Part shown: positions 53,455 to 63,480 of the stretch, piece by piece
Numbering within the stretch: position 1 is the first letter of the stretch
How the letters are laid out: every line of letters starts with the position of its first letter
Source: an uncultured Gemmatimonadales bacterium
Lineage (GTDB): Bacteria; Gemmatimonadota; Gemmatimonadetes; Longimicrobiales; Gaopeijiaceae
Assembly (NCBI GenBank): GCA_963823035.1
Contig: CAWGKG010000010.1
Span: forward strand, 288,001 to 352,000
Reading direction: 5' to 3'
DNA: 64,000 nucleotides
Made by a program: the position numbers and the translations under genes
The notes under the pieces: model-generated
The model's database searches: none
Seen by the model: only the letters and a program-made list of their open reading frames with translations
Told to the model about the DNA's origin: nothing

Positions 53455-54084
53455 GTGCACCTGCTCCTCACCGACCGGCTGACCTGTCCGCGTTGCGGCC
53501 CGGAGTTCGGCCTCATCCTCCTGGCGGACAGCATGCGGGAACGGCTCGTCCTGGAGGGGAGGCTCGGATGCTCGAACTGCCGGGACGCCTTTCCCGTGCA
53601 CGACGGTTTCGGCGACCTGCGCGCGCCCCCCCGTGGTGACCTCCCCCCCGGACGGGTGGGTGATCCGGGCACCACCGATCCCGCCGAGGCCGAGCGCGTG
53701 ACGGCGCTCCTCGGCGTCGCCGAGGGCCCGGGGACGCTCGCGCTCGTGGGCGGCGTGGCGCGTTGCGCCGCCGGGGTGGCGGCGGCCGTGGAGGGCGTCG
53801 AGGTCGTGGCTGTCGACGCCGGGCTGGTGGCCTGGCCGGAAGCGCCGCGCGTGAGCCGGATGGTGGCGCGCCCGGGACTCCCATTCTTCGGGCGGACGCT
53901 GCGGGGCGTGGCGGTGGACGGGGCGCTGGGAGCCGCCTGGATCCGGGAGGCGTCGCGCGTCGTCGCGCCCCTTTCGCGGGTGGTGGTGGTGGACGCGCCG
54001 CCGGAGACGGAGACCGTCCTGGAGGAGGCTGGCCTGGGGGTGCTCGCGGCGGAGGCTGGAACCGTCGTGGCGGCAAGAGGTTGA
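53455..54084 (+). CDS. Trm112-like Zn-ribbon protein with degenerate methyltransferase-like C-terminus
   Basis: LTCPRC...EGRLGCSNCRDAFPV.DG. Confidence 0.65.
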   Translation: MHLLLTDRLTCPRCGPEFGLILLADSMRERLVLEGRLGCSNCRDAFPVHDGFGDLRAPPRGDLPPGRVGDPGTTDPAEAERVTALLGVAEGPGTLALVGGVARCAAGVAAAVEGVEVVAVDAGLVAWPEAPRVSRMVARPGLPFFGRTLRGVAVDGALGAAWIREASRVVAPLSRVVVVDAPPETETVLEEAGLGVLAAEAGTVVAARG

Positions 54085-54188
54085 GCGGCTGGGCGGCCGT
54101 TGCGCCCGCCGCCCGCCGTCGCCTACCTTCCCACGTCGGGCCGGCGCGACCGATGAAGGGTCGGGCCTCCTCATTTCCCCCCGGGTGC

Positions 54189-54641
54189 ATGGCATTCTGG
54201 AAGAAGCTCTTCGGAGACGACGATCCCCGCCGGGTGGACTACTACCGCGAAGGCGAGGAGTTGCTTCGTGACGGGAAGTTCCATGAGGCGCTGACCTCGT
54301 TCCGCCTCGCGCTGAAGGACCATCCGGGCGACACCGTGGTGCTTCAGCAGATCGCGATCTGCTACACCCGCATCGGGATGACCGACGAGGCGGCGAAGAC
54401 CTACCGGCATGTGCTGCAGAAGGAGCCGGGAGCGCCCGGCGCGCACTACGGGCTGGCGTTCATCCTGCTCCGCACCGGGCGCCCCGACGAAGCGATCCGG
54501 CACCTGGAGGCGTTCCTGGCCCACGTGCCCCACCAGCCCGAGGCGAGTGACTTCGTCGCGCACGCGCGGGTGACGTTGGCGCAGCTTCGGGGCGGGGCCC
54601 ACGAGACGGCTCCAGAGGCTCCGCCGAATGAGCTCCTCTAG
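54189..54641 (+). CDS. TPR repeat protein
   Basis: MAFWKKLFG; YYREG..EALTSFRLAL, AHYGLA..EAIRHLE. Confidence 0.8.
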   Translation: MAFWKKLFGDDDPRRVDYYREGEELLRDGKFHEALTSFRLALKDHPGDTVVLQQIAICYTRIGMTDEAAKTYRHVLQKEPGAPGAHYGLAFILLRTGRPDEAIRHLEAFLAHVPHQPEASDFVAHARVTLAQLRGGAHETAPEAPPNELL

Positions 54642-55035
54642 CGTCGAGCTGCGCTGGACCGAAGGACTCACGTTCGTCGGGGGCGCGGAGGGAGGCCCGC
54701 AGATCACGACCGCGAGCGGCGGGGGCGAGGGTCCGTCCCCGACGCAACTGCTCCTCGTGTCGCTCGCCGGTTGCATGGGGATCGACGTCGTGGACATCCT
54801 GAACAAGTCCCGCGTGCCGCTCGAGGAGCTGCGCGTGCAGGTCGAGGGGTCCCGGGCGTCGGAGCCACCCCGCCGCTTCGAGTCGATCCGCCTGACCTAC
54901 CACGTGCGCGGACCCTCGGACGCCGACCAGGCCAAGCTCGAGCGCGCCGTCGAACTCTCCAGGGACAAGTACTGCAGCGTGCTGCACACGCTGCGTCCCG
55001 ACCTGGCGCTCGACGTCCGCATCGTGCGGACCTGA
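54628..55035 (+). CDS. OsmC family protein
   Basis: GPSPTQLLL..LAGCMGIDV, KYCSV. Confidence 0.9.
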   Translation: MSSSSVELRWTEGLTFVGGAEGGPQITTASGGGEGPSPTQLLLVSLAGCMGIDVVDILNKSRVPLEELRVQVEGSRASEPPRRFESIRLTYHVRGPSDADQAKLERAVELSRDKYCSVLHTLRPDLALDVRIVRT

Positions 55036-55059
55036 CCGCCGATCCGCCCCGGGGCCGCC

Positions 55060-56904
55060 ATGTCCGATCTCAAGCACGCCGCCAACGAGACGCCGGTCGA
55101 GCGCACGACGCTCGCCGAGATCTTCCTGGACTCGGTGGACGAGTTCGGGGAGGCCGACGCCTTCCGCTACTTCACCTCGGAGGGCGTCCTGCAGGGCATC
55201 CGCTACCGCGAGGCGTTGGCGATCGTACGTCGCGTGGCTGCCGCGCTGGAGGTGCAGGGCGTGACGCGCGGAGACCGGGCGGCGATCCTCGCCGAGAACA
55301 GACCGGAGTGGGCGCTCGCCGATTTCGGGTGCCTGTGCTGCGGGGTCGTGGACGTGCCGGTCTACCCTTCGTTGCCGGCCTCCCAGGTGAGCTACGTCCT
55401 GAAGGACTCGGGGGCGAAGCTGCTTTTCGTCTCCACCCCCGAGCACCTGGAGAAGGCTCTCATCGCACGGGCGGCGTGCGCCTCCCCGGTGCAGCTCGTC
55501 GTCTTCGACCCTCCGCCGGATCTCCCCGAGGGCGTGCTCTCGTGGGAAGCCTTCCTGGAAGCCGGAACGGCGCTCGCCGAGGAGACCGGCGAGGACCTGT
55601 TCCGGGAGCGCGCGCTCCAGGCGCGTCCCGACGACGTCGCGACGGTGTTGTACACCTCCGGCACGACGGGAACGCCCAAGGGGGTCATGCTTACGCACGG
55701 CAACGTCGGGTCGAACGTGCTCGCATGCTCCGCCGTGCTCGGCGTGACCTCCGCGGACCTGGCCGCGAGCTTCCTGCCGCTGTCGCACATCCTACAGCGG
55801 ATGGTGGACTACCTCTTCTTCCACGTGGGGTGCACGATCGCCTATCCGCGCTCGATCCTCACGGTGGTCGACGACATGCAGGTGATCCATCCGACCATCG
55901 CGGTCTCGGTGCCGCGGCTCTACGAGAAGATCTACAACGGGGTCATGGAGGCGCACGGACTCAAGAGGCGGATCATCGACTGGGCGGTCGGTGTCGCCGA
56001 TCGCGCCGCCGACCTGCGCCTGGCCGGGAAGCGGCCGAGCGGCCTGCTCGGCCTCCAGTATGCGCTGGCGGACCGCATCGTGTTCAGGAAGGTCCGGGAC
56101 GCCGTGGGCGGGCGCATGCGCTACTTCGTGAGTGGCGGCGCGCCGCTGGCGCCCGCGCTCAACCGCTTCTTCTACTCCATCGGGTTGACGATCCTGGAGG
56201 GCTACGGCCTCACCGAGACCAGCCCCGTCACCAACGTGAACACCGAGGAGCACTTCCGGATCGGCACGGTCGGCAAGGCCGTGCCCGGCACCGAGATCGC
56301 CATTGCCGAGGACGGCGAGGTGCTCGTACGCGGGCCGCAGGTCATGAAGGGCTACTACAACCGGCCGCGCGAGACGGCCGAAGTGATCGACGCGGACGGC
56401 TGGTTCCACACGGGCGACGTGGGTGAGCTGGACGACGACGGCTTCCTGCGCATCACCGACCGGAAGAAGGACCTCATCGTCACGGCGGGCGGGAAGAACG
56501 TCGCGCCGCAGCCCATCGAGAACCGACTCAAGACGATCCCCCTGATCGAGCAGGCCGTGCTCATCGGCGACCGGAGGAAGTTCGTCTCCCTCCTGGTCGT
56601 TCCCGCCTTCGGGCAGCTCGAGGCGTGGGCGAGGGAGCAGGGGCTGCGTTGGGGCGACCGGAGCGATCTCCTGAAGCTCCCCGAGGTCGTGAAGCACGTG
56701 GAGGAGGCGATCGAAGCCGAGTTGTCCGGGCTCGCCTCCTTCGAGCGGCCCAAGAAGATCGCCCTTCTCGAAGACGAGTTCTCCATCCAGAACGGCTCCC
56801 TGACCCCGACGCTGAAGGTGAAGCGCAGGGTCATCCAGGACCGATTCAAGGATGTCATCGACGACCTCTACGGGGACGAGGCCGTGGACGCGGCGCTCCG
56901 CTGA
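55060..56904 (+). CDS. Long-chain fatty acid--CoA ligase
   Basis: YTSGTTGTPKGV, LPLSH, EGYGLTETSP, GWFHTGD, DRKKD, LTPTLKVKR. Confidence 0.93.
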   Translation: MSDLKHAANETPVERTTLAEIFLDSVDEFGEADAFRYFTSEGVLQGIRYREALAIVRRVAAALEVQGVTRGDRAAILAENRPEWALADFGCLCCGVVDVPVYPSLPASQVSYVLKDSGAKLLFVSTPEHLEKALIARAACASPVQLVVFDPPPDLPEGVLSWEAFLEAGTALAEETGEDLFRERALQARPDDVATVLYTSGTTGTPKGVMLTHGNVGSNVLACSAVLGVTSADLAASFLPLSHILQRMVDYLFFHVGCTIAYPRSILTVVDDMQVIHPTIAVSVPRLYEKIYNGVMEAHGLKRRIIDWAVGVADRAADLRLAGKRPSGLLGLQYALADRIVFRKVRDAVGGRMRYFVSGGAPLAPALNRFFYSIGLTILEGYGLTETSPVTNVNTEEHFRIGTVGKAVPGTEIAIAEDGEVLVRGPQVMKGYYNRPRETAEVIDADGWFHTGDVGELDDDGFLRITDRKKDLIVTAGGKNVAPQPIENRLKTIPLIEQAVLIGDRRKFVSLLVVPAFGQLEAWAREQGLRWGDRSDLLKLPEVVKHVEEAIEAELSGLASFERPKKIALLEDEFSIQNGSLTPTLKVKRRVIQDRFKDVIDDLYGDEAVDAALR

Positions 56905-56911
56905 CGCCTCC

Positions 56912-57049
56912 ATGCCCAACGACGTCCGGACGATCCTCCTCACGGCACCCGACGCGGACACGGCCGAGCCCCTGGGGCGCGCCCTCGTGGAAGAGCGGCT
57001 CGCGGCATGGCAGGGTGAGGTGCGTCGCGGGGCGGAGGCGGGAGCGTGA
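56912..57049 (+). pseudogene. cutA: Internally deleted CutA (divalent-cation tolerance) remnant
   Basis: ILLTAPD..LGRALVEERLAA joined directly to WQGEV; only 45 codons versus about 105 typical. Confidence 0.7.
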
Positions 57050-57954
57050 GCGCGAGAAGGCGCGGGAAGGCTCGGAACGGGACCGCGGAGGACGGCGTCG
57101 AGCAGGTGGAGCTGTTGTCCAACGCGGAGCCCGAGACGGCCCCTGGGTCTGCGGCCGCTCCCGGGTCCGAGGCAGCCCCGGAGCCGGAGGGGGCCCGCGA
57201 ACCCGAGGCGGCTCCCGAGCGCGAGGCTCCGCCCCAGCAGCACAACCTCGGGTTGGAGCCTGCCGCTGCGCCGCGGCCCGCCTCGAAGCCCTCCGCGCCG
57301 GCGTCGCCCGCGCCGGAGGGGGCCGGACGGGTGCCGCCACCCTCGGGCGAGCGGCTGGCCCGGGCGAAGCAGAAGGTCCGTGAGGGAAAGGTCGAGCAAG
57401 CGACCGAGCTGTACCGGGACATCCTGTCGGAGAACCCGGGCAACCTCAAGGCCCGCAACAACCTCGGCGCGCTCTACGGGGCGGTGGGACAGCACGGGTT
57501 GGCGCTGGAGCAGTTCGAGGCCGCGGCCCGGCTCGATCCGGACAGCGTCGAGGTGCTCAACAATCTCGGCTCCACGCTGGCCCTCCTCGGCCGCTACGAC
57601 GAGGCGGAGGTGGGGCTGCGGCGCGCGCTGCGGCTCCATCCGGACGACCCCGAGGTCCGCACGAGCTTCGGGATCCTCTACTTCCGGCGCGGCGTCTACG
57701 CACAGGCCGAGGCCGAGCTGCGGTGGGTGTGCGAGCGCGATCCCGAGCACGCCACTGCCTTCTACTACCGCGGTGAGGCGCTGAACCGGCTGGGACGGGT
57801 CGACGAGGCGCTCGAGGCCCTCGAGCGCGCGACGGTGCTCGACCCGACGAACGCGAAGGCCTTCTTCACCCTGGGCATCCTGTACGACCGGAAGCATCTT
57901 CCAGAAGAGGCCACGGTGATGTACCGGCGGTTCAGGGAGCTGCAGAGCAGGTGA
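57046..57954 (+). CDS. TPR repeat protein with Pro/Ala/Glu-rich N-terminus
   Basis: ARNNLG, VLNNLG, AFYYRGEAL, AFFTLG repeats. Confidence 0.85.
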   Translation: MSARRRGKARNGTAEDGVEQVELLSNAEPETAPGSAAAPGSEAAPEPEGAREPEAAPEREAPPQQHNLGLEPAAAPRPASKPSAPASPAPEGAGRVPPPSGERLARAKQKVREGKVEQATELYRDILSENPGNLKARNNLGALYGAVGQHGLALEQFEAAARLDPDSVEVLNNLGSTLALLGRYDEAEVGLRRALRLHPDDPEVRTSFGILYFRRGVYAQAEAELRWVCERDPEHATAFYYRGEALNRLGRVDEALEALERATVLDPTNAKAFFTLGILYDRKHLPEEATVMYRRFRELQSR

Positions 57955-58475
57955 TCCAAGTACGCACGGGCGTCCTCTCCGAGCAGGGCCGGGAGGGGAT
58001 CCTACGACCCATCCGATCGGACCTGGCGCCCCTCACCCAGGCGGCCCGCGACGTGGTCACCGCGGCGGGGCCCTCGGTGACGAAACGCCTCGAGCAGTTG
58101 GGTAGCCTTCCGCCCGGAAGCGCGGTCATCACACCCGCCGGCGACCTTCCCGCATCGTTCATCATCCACATCGTCACCGCCTCCGAGGAGGAGCCCGAAA
58201 CGCCCCTCTCCGTGCAGCGCGCGCTGCGCAACGGGCTGCGCCGCGCGGCGGACTGGGCGCTCACGTCCCTGGCGATGCCGCCCCTCGGCGCGGGCGCGGG
58301 GCACCTCGATGCCGAGGCGGCCGCGCGCGCCCAGTTGCAGATCCTGGTGGATCACCTGGACGAAGGCCTCCCCCCGCTCGATCTGACGATCGTGGTCTCC
58401 GGCGGGTACGAGGCCGAGGTCTTCGATCGGCTGGCGGCCGAGTTGACGCGGGACCGCTTCCCCCAGCTCGGCTGA
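57951..58475 (+). CDS. Macro domain protein (degenerate)
   Basis: GSAVITPAGDLPASFIIHIV, SLAMPPLGAGAG. Confidence 0.8.
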   Translation: MIQVRTGVLSEQGREGILRPIRSDLAPLTQAARDVVTAAGPSVTKRLEQLGSLPPGSAVITPAGDLPASFIIHIVTASEEEPETPLSVQRALRNGLRRAADWALTSLAMPPLGAGAGHLDAEAAARAQLQILVDHLDEGLPPLDLTIVVSGGYEAEVFDRLAAELTRDRFPQLG

Positions 58476-58530
58476 CTGCCGGACCGATGCGGATGCCTCC
58501 CTGCCGCACCCCCATCGCGCCCGCCTGCCC

Positions 58531-60069
58531 GTGAGACGCGTCCTGGGGGGCGCGATCGTCCTGGTCTGGCTCGCGATGGTCGGGTGGCAGGTCCGCCGCG
58601 AGTACTTCCAGCCGGAGTTGGCGCGCCTGACCGAGGCGGCGCTGTCCCTCGCTCCCGGGGTCAGCTTCTACACGCTGACGATGGGCGGCCGCACGGTGGG
58701 GCTGGCCACGTCGCGCCTGGACACGCTCCCGGACGGCTTCGAGCTCGAGGACTTCATGAACCTGGAGCTCCCCGCGCTGGGCCAGACCGGTACGGCCGTG
58801 GCGCGCACCCGCGTCAAGCTGAGCCCGGCGCTGGTCATGGAGGACTTCACCTTCTCGTTGGACAGCGAGGTCGGACGCTTCCAGGCGAGCGGCAGCGTGA
58901 GCGCCGACACGACGTTGCACGTCTCCATCCGCTCTGCGGGGAGCGAGCAGAAGCTGAACTTCCGTCTGGAGCAGCCTCCGGTGTTCTCCTCGGTGGTGCC
59001 GATCCGGCTGGCGGTGGGGGAGGGGCTCGAGGTGGGGTCGAGCGTCCGCTTCCCGGTGTTCGACCCCACCACGCTCGGGACCCGCACCGTCGAGGTGCGC
59101 GTGCTCGAGCACGACACGCTGGTGGTGCCGGACAGTGCGGCTCTGGACCCTGGCACCGGCCGCTGGCGGCCCGCGCACTGGGATTCCATCCCGGCCTGGC
59201 GCGTCACGGAGGCGTTCGGGGGGATCCAGGTCGAGAGCTGGATCGACGAGGACGGGCGGATCATCCGCTCGGCCAGCCCGCTCGGCTTCGAGATGGAGAA
59301 GACCGAGTACGAGCTGGCGCGCCAGTCCCAGGAGGACGCTCGCCGGACCGCGAGCGGTGGTGCCGTGGACTCCGACGTCATCCTCTCCACGGCGGTGCGC
59401 AGCGACGTGGATCTCGAGGACGTCGAGCAGTTCCAGGAGCTGCGCTTCCGCCTCACGGGCGTCGACCTCTCGGGCTTCCAGCTGGACGGTGGGCGCCAGA
59501 CGATGCACGGCGACACGCTCATCGTGCGCCGCGAGGACTGGGACGCGATCGATCCCGGGTATCGGCTGCCCTACCCGCGCATGGATCTCCGCGAGGAGCT
59601 CGAGCCCGAGCCGCTCATCCAGAGCGACGACCCCCGCATCCTGGCCCGTGCCCGCGAGGTGACGCAGGCGCGCGCCTCGTGGCGTCAGGACCCGAAGGAG
59701 GTCGCGCGCGCGCTCACGACGTCCGTGCACGGGATGCTGGAGAAGGCGATCACGTTCTCCGTGCCGAACGCCGTGCAGGTGCTCGAGACGCGGCGGGGTG
59801 ACTGCAACGAGCACACCGTGTTGTACGTGGCGATGGCGCGCGCGCTCGGCCTGCCCGCACGGACGGCCGTCGGGCTGGTCTACGTGAACGGGGCGTTCTT
59901 CTACCACGCCTGGCCCGAGGTGTGGCTGGGCGAGTGGGTGGCGATGGACCCGACGTTCGGTCAGGTGCCCGCCGACGCCTCGCACATCCGCTTCGTGGTG
60001 GGCGGCCTGGCCGAGCAGGTGGAGATCGTCCGCCTGATCGGGAACCTCGGCATCGAGGTCGTCCAGTGA
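58531..60069 (+). CDS. Membrane-anchored transglutaminase-like domain protein
   Basis: N-terminal TM; triad motifs GDCNEH, YHAWPEV, MDPTF. Confidence 0.9.
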   Translation: MRRVLGGAIVLVWLAMVGWQVRREYFQPELARLTEAALSLAPGVSFYTLTMGGRTVGLATSRLDTLPDGFELEDFMNLELPALGQTGTAVARTRVKLSPALVMEDFTFSLDSEVGRFQASGSVSADTTLHVSIRSAGSEQKLNFRLEQPPVFSSVVPIRLAVGEGLEVGSSVRFPVFDPTTLGTRTVEVRVLEHDTLVVPDSAALDPGTGRWRPAHWDSIPAWRVTEAFGGIQVESWIDEDGRIIRSASPLGFEMEKTEYELARQSQEDARRTASGGAVDSDVILSTAVRSDVDLEDVEQFQELRFRLTGVDLSGFQLDGGRQTMHGDTLIVRREDWDAIDPGYRLPYPRMDLREELEPEPLIQSDDPRILARAREVTQARASWRQDPKEVARALTTSVHGMLEKAITFSVPNAVQVLETRRGDCNEHTVLYVAMARALGLPARTAVGLVYVNGAFFYHAWPEVWLGEWVAMDPTFGQVPADASHIRFVVGGLAEQVEIVRLIGNLGIEVVQ

Positions 60070-60860
60070 GCGAACGCGCCGAGCAGCCGATGCTGCGCCT
60101 GGAGGGCGTGGTGAAGCGCTACGGGGGCTTCACCGCCGTCGCCGGGCTGACGCTCGACGTGCCGCGGGGTGAGATCTTCGGGTTCCTCGGCCCGAACGGC
60201 GCGGGCAAGACCACCACGATCCGCATGGTGGCGGGCGTGCTCCAGCCCAGCGCGGGACGCATCCTCATCGGCGGAGACGACCTGGCCCGGCGCCCGGCGG
60301 CCGCGAAGACGCGCATGGGTTACGTGCCCGACCGCCCCTTCCTCTACGAGAAGCTTTCCGGCGGGGAGTTCCTGCGCTTCGTCGCGGGGCTGTGGGGGAA
60401 GGACGGCCCGGCGGCGGAGGCGCGCGCCGACCGCCTGCTCGAGCTCTTCCACCTCATGGAGTGGAAGAACGAGCTCATCGAGAGCTACTCGCACGGGATG
60501 CGGCAGAAGCTCCTGATCAGCTCGGCGCTCATCCACCAGCCCGAGGTGATCGTCGTGGACGAGCCGATGGTCGGGCTGGACCCGCGCTCGGCGCGCCTGC
60601 TCAAGGACCTGCTGCGGGCCTTCGTCGACCAGGGGGGCACGGTCTTCCTGTCGACGCACACGCTCGAGGTGGCCGAGGCGGTGTGCGACCGCATCGCGAT
60701 CATCAGCGGTGGGCAGGTGATCGCCCTCGGCACCATGGAAGAGCTGCGCGCCCAGGTCGACGCGGGCGGCGCCCACCTGGAGGAGATCTTCCTCAAGGTG
60801 ACGGGCGGCGAGGACATGGCCGACGTCATCCGCGGGCTGGGCGAGGCGATCGAGCCGTGA
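60066..60860 (+). CDS. ABC transporter ATP-binding protein
   Basis: GPNGAGKTT, YSHGMRQK, VDEPMVGLDP. Confidence 0.93.
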   Translation: MSERAEQPMLRLEGVVKRYGGFTAVAGLTLDVPRGEIFGFLGPNGAGKTTTIRMVAGVLQPSAGRILIGGDDLARRPAAAKTRMGYVPDRPFLYEKLSGGEFLRFVAGLWGKDGPAAEARADRLLELFHLMEWKNELIESYSHGMRQKLLISSALIHQPEVIVVDEPMVGLDPRSARLLKDLLRAFVDQGGTVFLSTHTLEVAEAVCDRIAIISGGQVIALGTMEELRAQVDAGGAHLEEIFLKVTGGEDMADVIRGLGEAIEP

Positions 60861-62560
60861 GCACGGCCGGCGCCCGCCGACCGACGGGCATCGCCTGGCT
60901 GCTGCGCCCGAAGCTGCGCACGAAGCTGAACCGTGCCCGCTCCGACGAGGGCCGGTGGTTCAAGGCGGGGCTCCTCGGTTTCGTCGCCCTCTTCTTCTGG
61001 GCGCTGATCTTCGCGGTGATCTTCCGCATGCTGCTCTACTTCCGCGGCACGCAGGGGATCGGTGACCTTCTCGCGGCCAAGCTGCTCGGCATCGCGCTGC
61101 TCACCTTCCTGATGATCCTGATCCTCTCGAACGTGATCACCGCGCTGTCCACCTTCTTCCTCTCGGACGACCTGGAGCTGCTGGTGGCTGCGCCGCTCGA
61201 TCCGGTGCGCGTGTACGGTGCGCGCCTGACCGAGACCATCGTCGACTCCTCGTGGATGGTGGCGCTGCTGTCCGTCCCGCTCATCGCGGCGTACGGCGCG
61301 GTGTACGCGGCCGGATTGCCGTTCTACCTGTTGGCCGTCGCGACCATGGTACCCTTTCTCGTGGTGCCGGCCGTGCTCGGGAGCGCGGTCACGCTGGTGT
61401 TGGTGAACGTCTTTCCGGCGCGGCGGACGCGGGACCTGCTGGCGCTCGTCGGGCTGTTCGCCGCGGCGGGCGTGGTGGTGCTCTTCCGCTTCCTCCGGCC
61501 GGAGCGGCTCGTGCGCCCGGAGGAGTTCCGCGACCTGGTCGACTTCATGGCCGTGCTGCGCACGCCCACGTCGCCCTGGCTTCCGAGTGAATGGGCCTCC
61601 GGAGCCCTGATGTCGTGGCTGAACGGGGTGTTCGAGCCGTTCCCCTTCCTCCTCCTGTGGAGCACGGCGGCGGCGTTCGTCGTGCTGGGCGCCTGGCTGC
61701 ACGTCCGCTGGTTCGGCATGGGGTTCACGCGCGCGCAGGAGGGCGCCGAGCGGCGCGAGGGCAGGCTGCGATCGCGCCTGGTGGACCGCCTCATGGCGGG
61801 CGCCCGCTCCGACACGCGCAGCATGGTGGCGAAGGAGGTGCGCGTCTTCTTCCGCGACACCACGCAGTGGTCGCAGCTGGTGCTCCTGGCCGTGCTCGTC
61901 GCCGTCTACGTCTACAACATCACGGTGCTCCCGCTCTACTCGGGAGAGCAGGTGTCCTTCTTCCTCATCAACGTGGTCTCGTTCCTGAACCTGGGGTTGG
62001 CGGGCTTCGTGGTGGCGGCCATCGCGGCGCGCTTCGTCTTCCCCGCCATGTCTCTGGAAGGGCGCATGATGTGGCTGCTGCGCTCCTCGCCGCTCGACGT
62101 GAAGACGCTCTTCTGGGCGAAGTACTGGGTCGGGACGCTCCCGCTCCTGCTGGTGGCGCTCCCGCTCATCGTCATCACGAACGTGGTGTTGAAGGCGTCC
62201 ACCTTCGTGCTCGTCCTGACCACGGTCACCATGGTCGGCGTGACCTTCGCGCTCACCGCGCTCGCGCTGGGGCTCGGGGCGCTCTACCCGAACTACGAGA
62301 CAGAGAACGTCGCCGAGATCCCCACCTCGTTCGGCGGCCTCCTCTTCATGATGTCCGCCGTGACCTATCTGGCCGGCGTGGTGGTCATGGAAGCGTGGCC
62401 GGTCTACCTCTTCCTCGCGGCCCGCTTCCGTCCGGACGCGCCGGAGGTGGGCGTCCTGCCGCTCGTGCTGGGGGGCACGGGCGTGCTCGCTTTGACGGCG
62501 GCGGCGGTGATGCTGCCCCTGCGGGCCGGCGTCCGACGGGTGCGCGATCTGGAGCCGTAG
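60857..62560 (+). CDS. Putative ABC exporter permease
   Basis: Many TM segments; FLSDDLELL, KEVRVFFRD..QWSQ, SLEGR.MWLLRSSP; GTGA-coupled. Confidence 0.85.
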   Translation: MSTAGARRPTGIAWLLRPKLRTKLNRARSDEGRWFKAGLLGFVALFFWALIFAVIFRMLLYFRGTQGIGDLLAAKLLGIALLTFLMILILSNVITALSTFFLSDDLELLVAAPLDPVRVYGARLTETIVDSSWMVALLSVPLIAAYGAVYAAGLPFYLLAVATMVPFLVVPAVLGSAVTLVLVNVFPARRTRDLLALVGLFAAAGVVVLFRFLRPERLVRPEEFRDLVDFMAVLRTPTSPWLPSEWASGALMSWLNGVFEPFPFLLLWSTAAAFVVLGAWLHVRWFGMGFTRAQEGAERREGRLRSRLVDRLMAGARSDTRSMVAKEVRVFFRDTTQWSQLVLLAVLVAVYVYNITVLPLYSGEQVSFFLINVVSFLNLGLAGFVVAAIAARFVFPAMSLEGRMMWLLRSSPLDVKTLFWAKYWVGTLPLLLVALPLIVITNVVLKASTFVLVLTTVTMVGVTFALTALALGLGALYPNYETENVAEIPTSFGGLLFMMSAVTYLAGVVVMEAWPVYLFLAARFRPDAPEVGVLPLVLGGTGVLALTAAAVMLPLRAGVRRVRDLEP

Positions 62561-62688
62561 CGGGACCAGGGGAGCCCGGACCGCTCGCGGGCGTCAGGAT
62601 TCAGCGCCTCGGGGCTCTCGGTGGCTCGCGGATTTCCGCGGCACCGCACTAGATTCGCGCGTACCAGCCACCCGACGGAGCCGACCCG

Positions 62689-63177
62689 ATGCTCGAAGCG
62701 ATCAAGAACTTCTTCCGCACCTCGATGTCTCCGCCGCCCGAAGCGGAGGAGCATGCGTCACGCAAGGATCTCAGGCTCGCCGCGTGCGCCCTCCTCCTGG
62801 AGCTGGCGCACGCGGACGACGAGTTCACGGAGGACGAGCGCCAGCACGTCGAGTCGGCCGTGCGCCGCCAGTTCGGCCTGGGGGCCGAGGAGGCCGAACG
62901 GCTGCTCAACCTCGCGGAGGAGGCGCGGACGAGCGCAGTGGATCTCTGGCAGTTCACCAACCTGATCGCGGAGAACTACTCGCTCGGCCAGAAGATGGTG
63001 CTCGCCGAGATCATGTGGGGCCTCGTCTACTCGGACGGCGAGCTGGCGAGCAAGGAGGACTATCTCATGCGCAAGATCAGCAACCTCCTGCGCCTGGAGG
63101 CGGGGTACCTCACGGAGGCGCGGAAGCGGGCGGAGGACCGTCAGCCGGATCCCGGACCCTACGAGGCCCTCGACTGA
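62689..63177 (+). CDS. TerB family protein
   Basis: LAACALLLELAHADDEF, LWQFT, YSDGEL..EDYLMRKI. Confidence 0.85.
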   Translation: MLEAIKNFFRTSMSPPPEAEEHASRKDLRLAACALLLELAHADDEFTEDERQHVESAVRRQFGLGAEEAERLLNLAEEARTSAVDLWQFTNLIAENYSLGQKMVLAEIMWGLVYSDGELASKEDYLMRKISNLLRLEAGYLTEARKRAEDRQPDPGPYEALD

Positions 63178-63259
63178 GCCCTCGTCCCGGGGTCGACAAC
63201 CCCGTGGGCACACCGCATATTTCCGCGTCGTCGATCCCGGACCCTCAGCCGACCCAGCC

Positions 63260-63409
63260 ATGCGAGACCTCGTTCCCGGCGGATACCTCTTCACCCACAT
63301 GATCTTCTGGTCGGTCGTGGCCATGGTGGCCGTGGGTACGAACGCCGTCGCCATCATTCTGTCGATCGGGTTGGTGCTGCTGGCGCTGGAGTCCTTGGGC
63401 AAGGCCTGA
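63260..63409 (+). CDS. Putative 49-aa hydrophobic small protein
   Basis: MRDLVPGGYLFTHMIFWSVVAMVAVGTNAVAIILSIGLVLLALESLGKA; not in the ORF track. Confidence 0.5.
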   Translation: MRDLVPGGYLFTHMIFWSVVAMVAVGTNAVAIILSIGLVLLALESLGKA

Positions 63410-63480
63410 GGCGGGGGAACGCTTCGCGACATTCCAGGTAGTCGAAGGGGAGACCCACGACCCCCGAGGAGCACGAAGAG

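Noticed and set aside
57120..57320. Tandem repeat in the TPR gene N-terminus
   Set aside because: Imperfect Pro/Ala/Glu low-complexity linker (EAAPE-like), not a discrete DNA repeat
57951..63177. Anti-phage or toxin-antitoxin system (macro + TerB)
   Set aside because: No ADP-ribosyltransferase, nuclease, sirtuin or other ter genes nearby; the context looks like core genome
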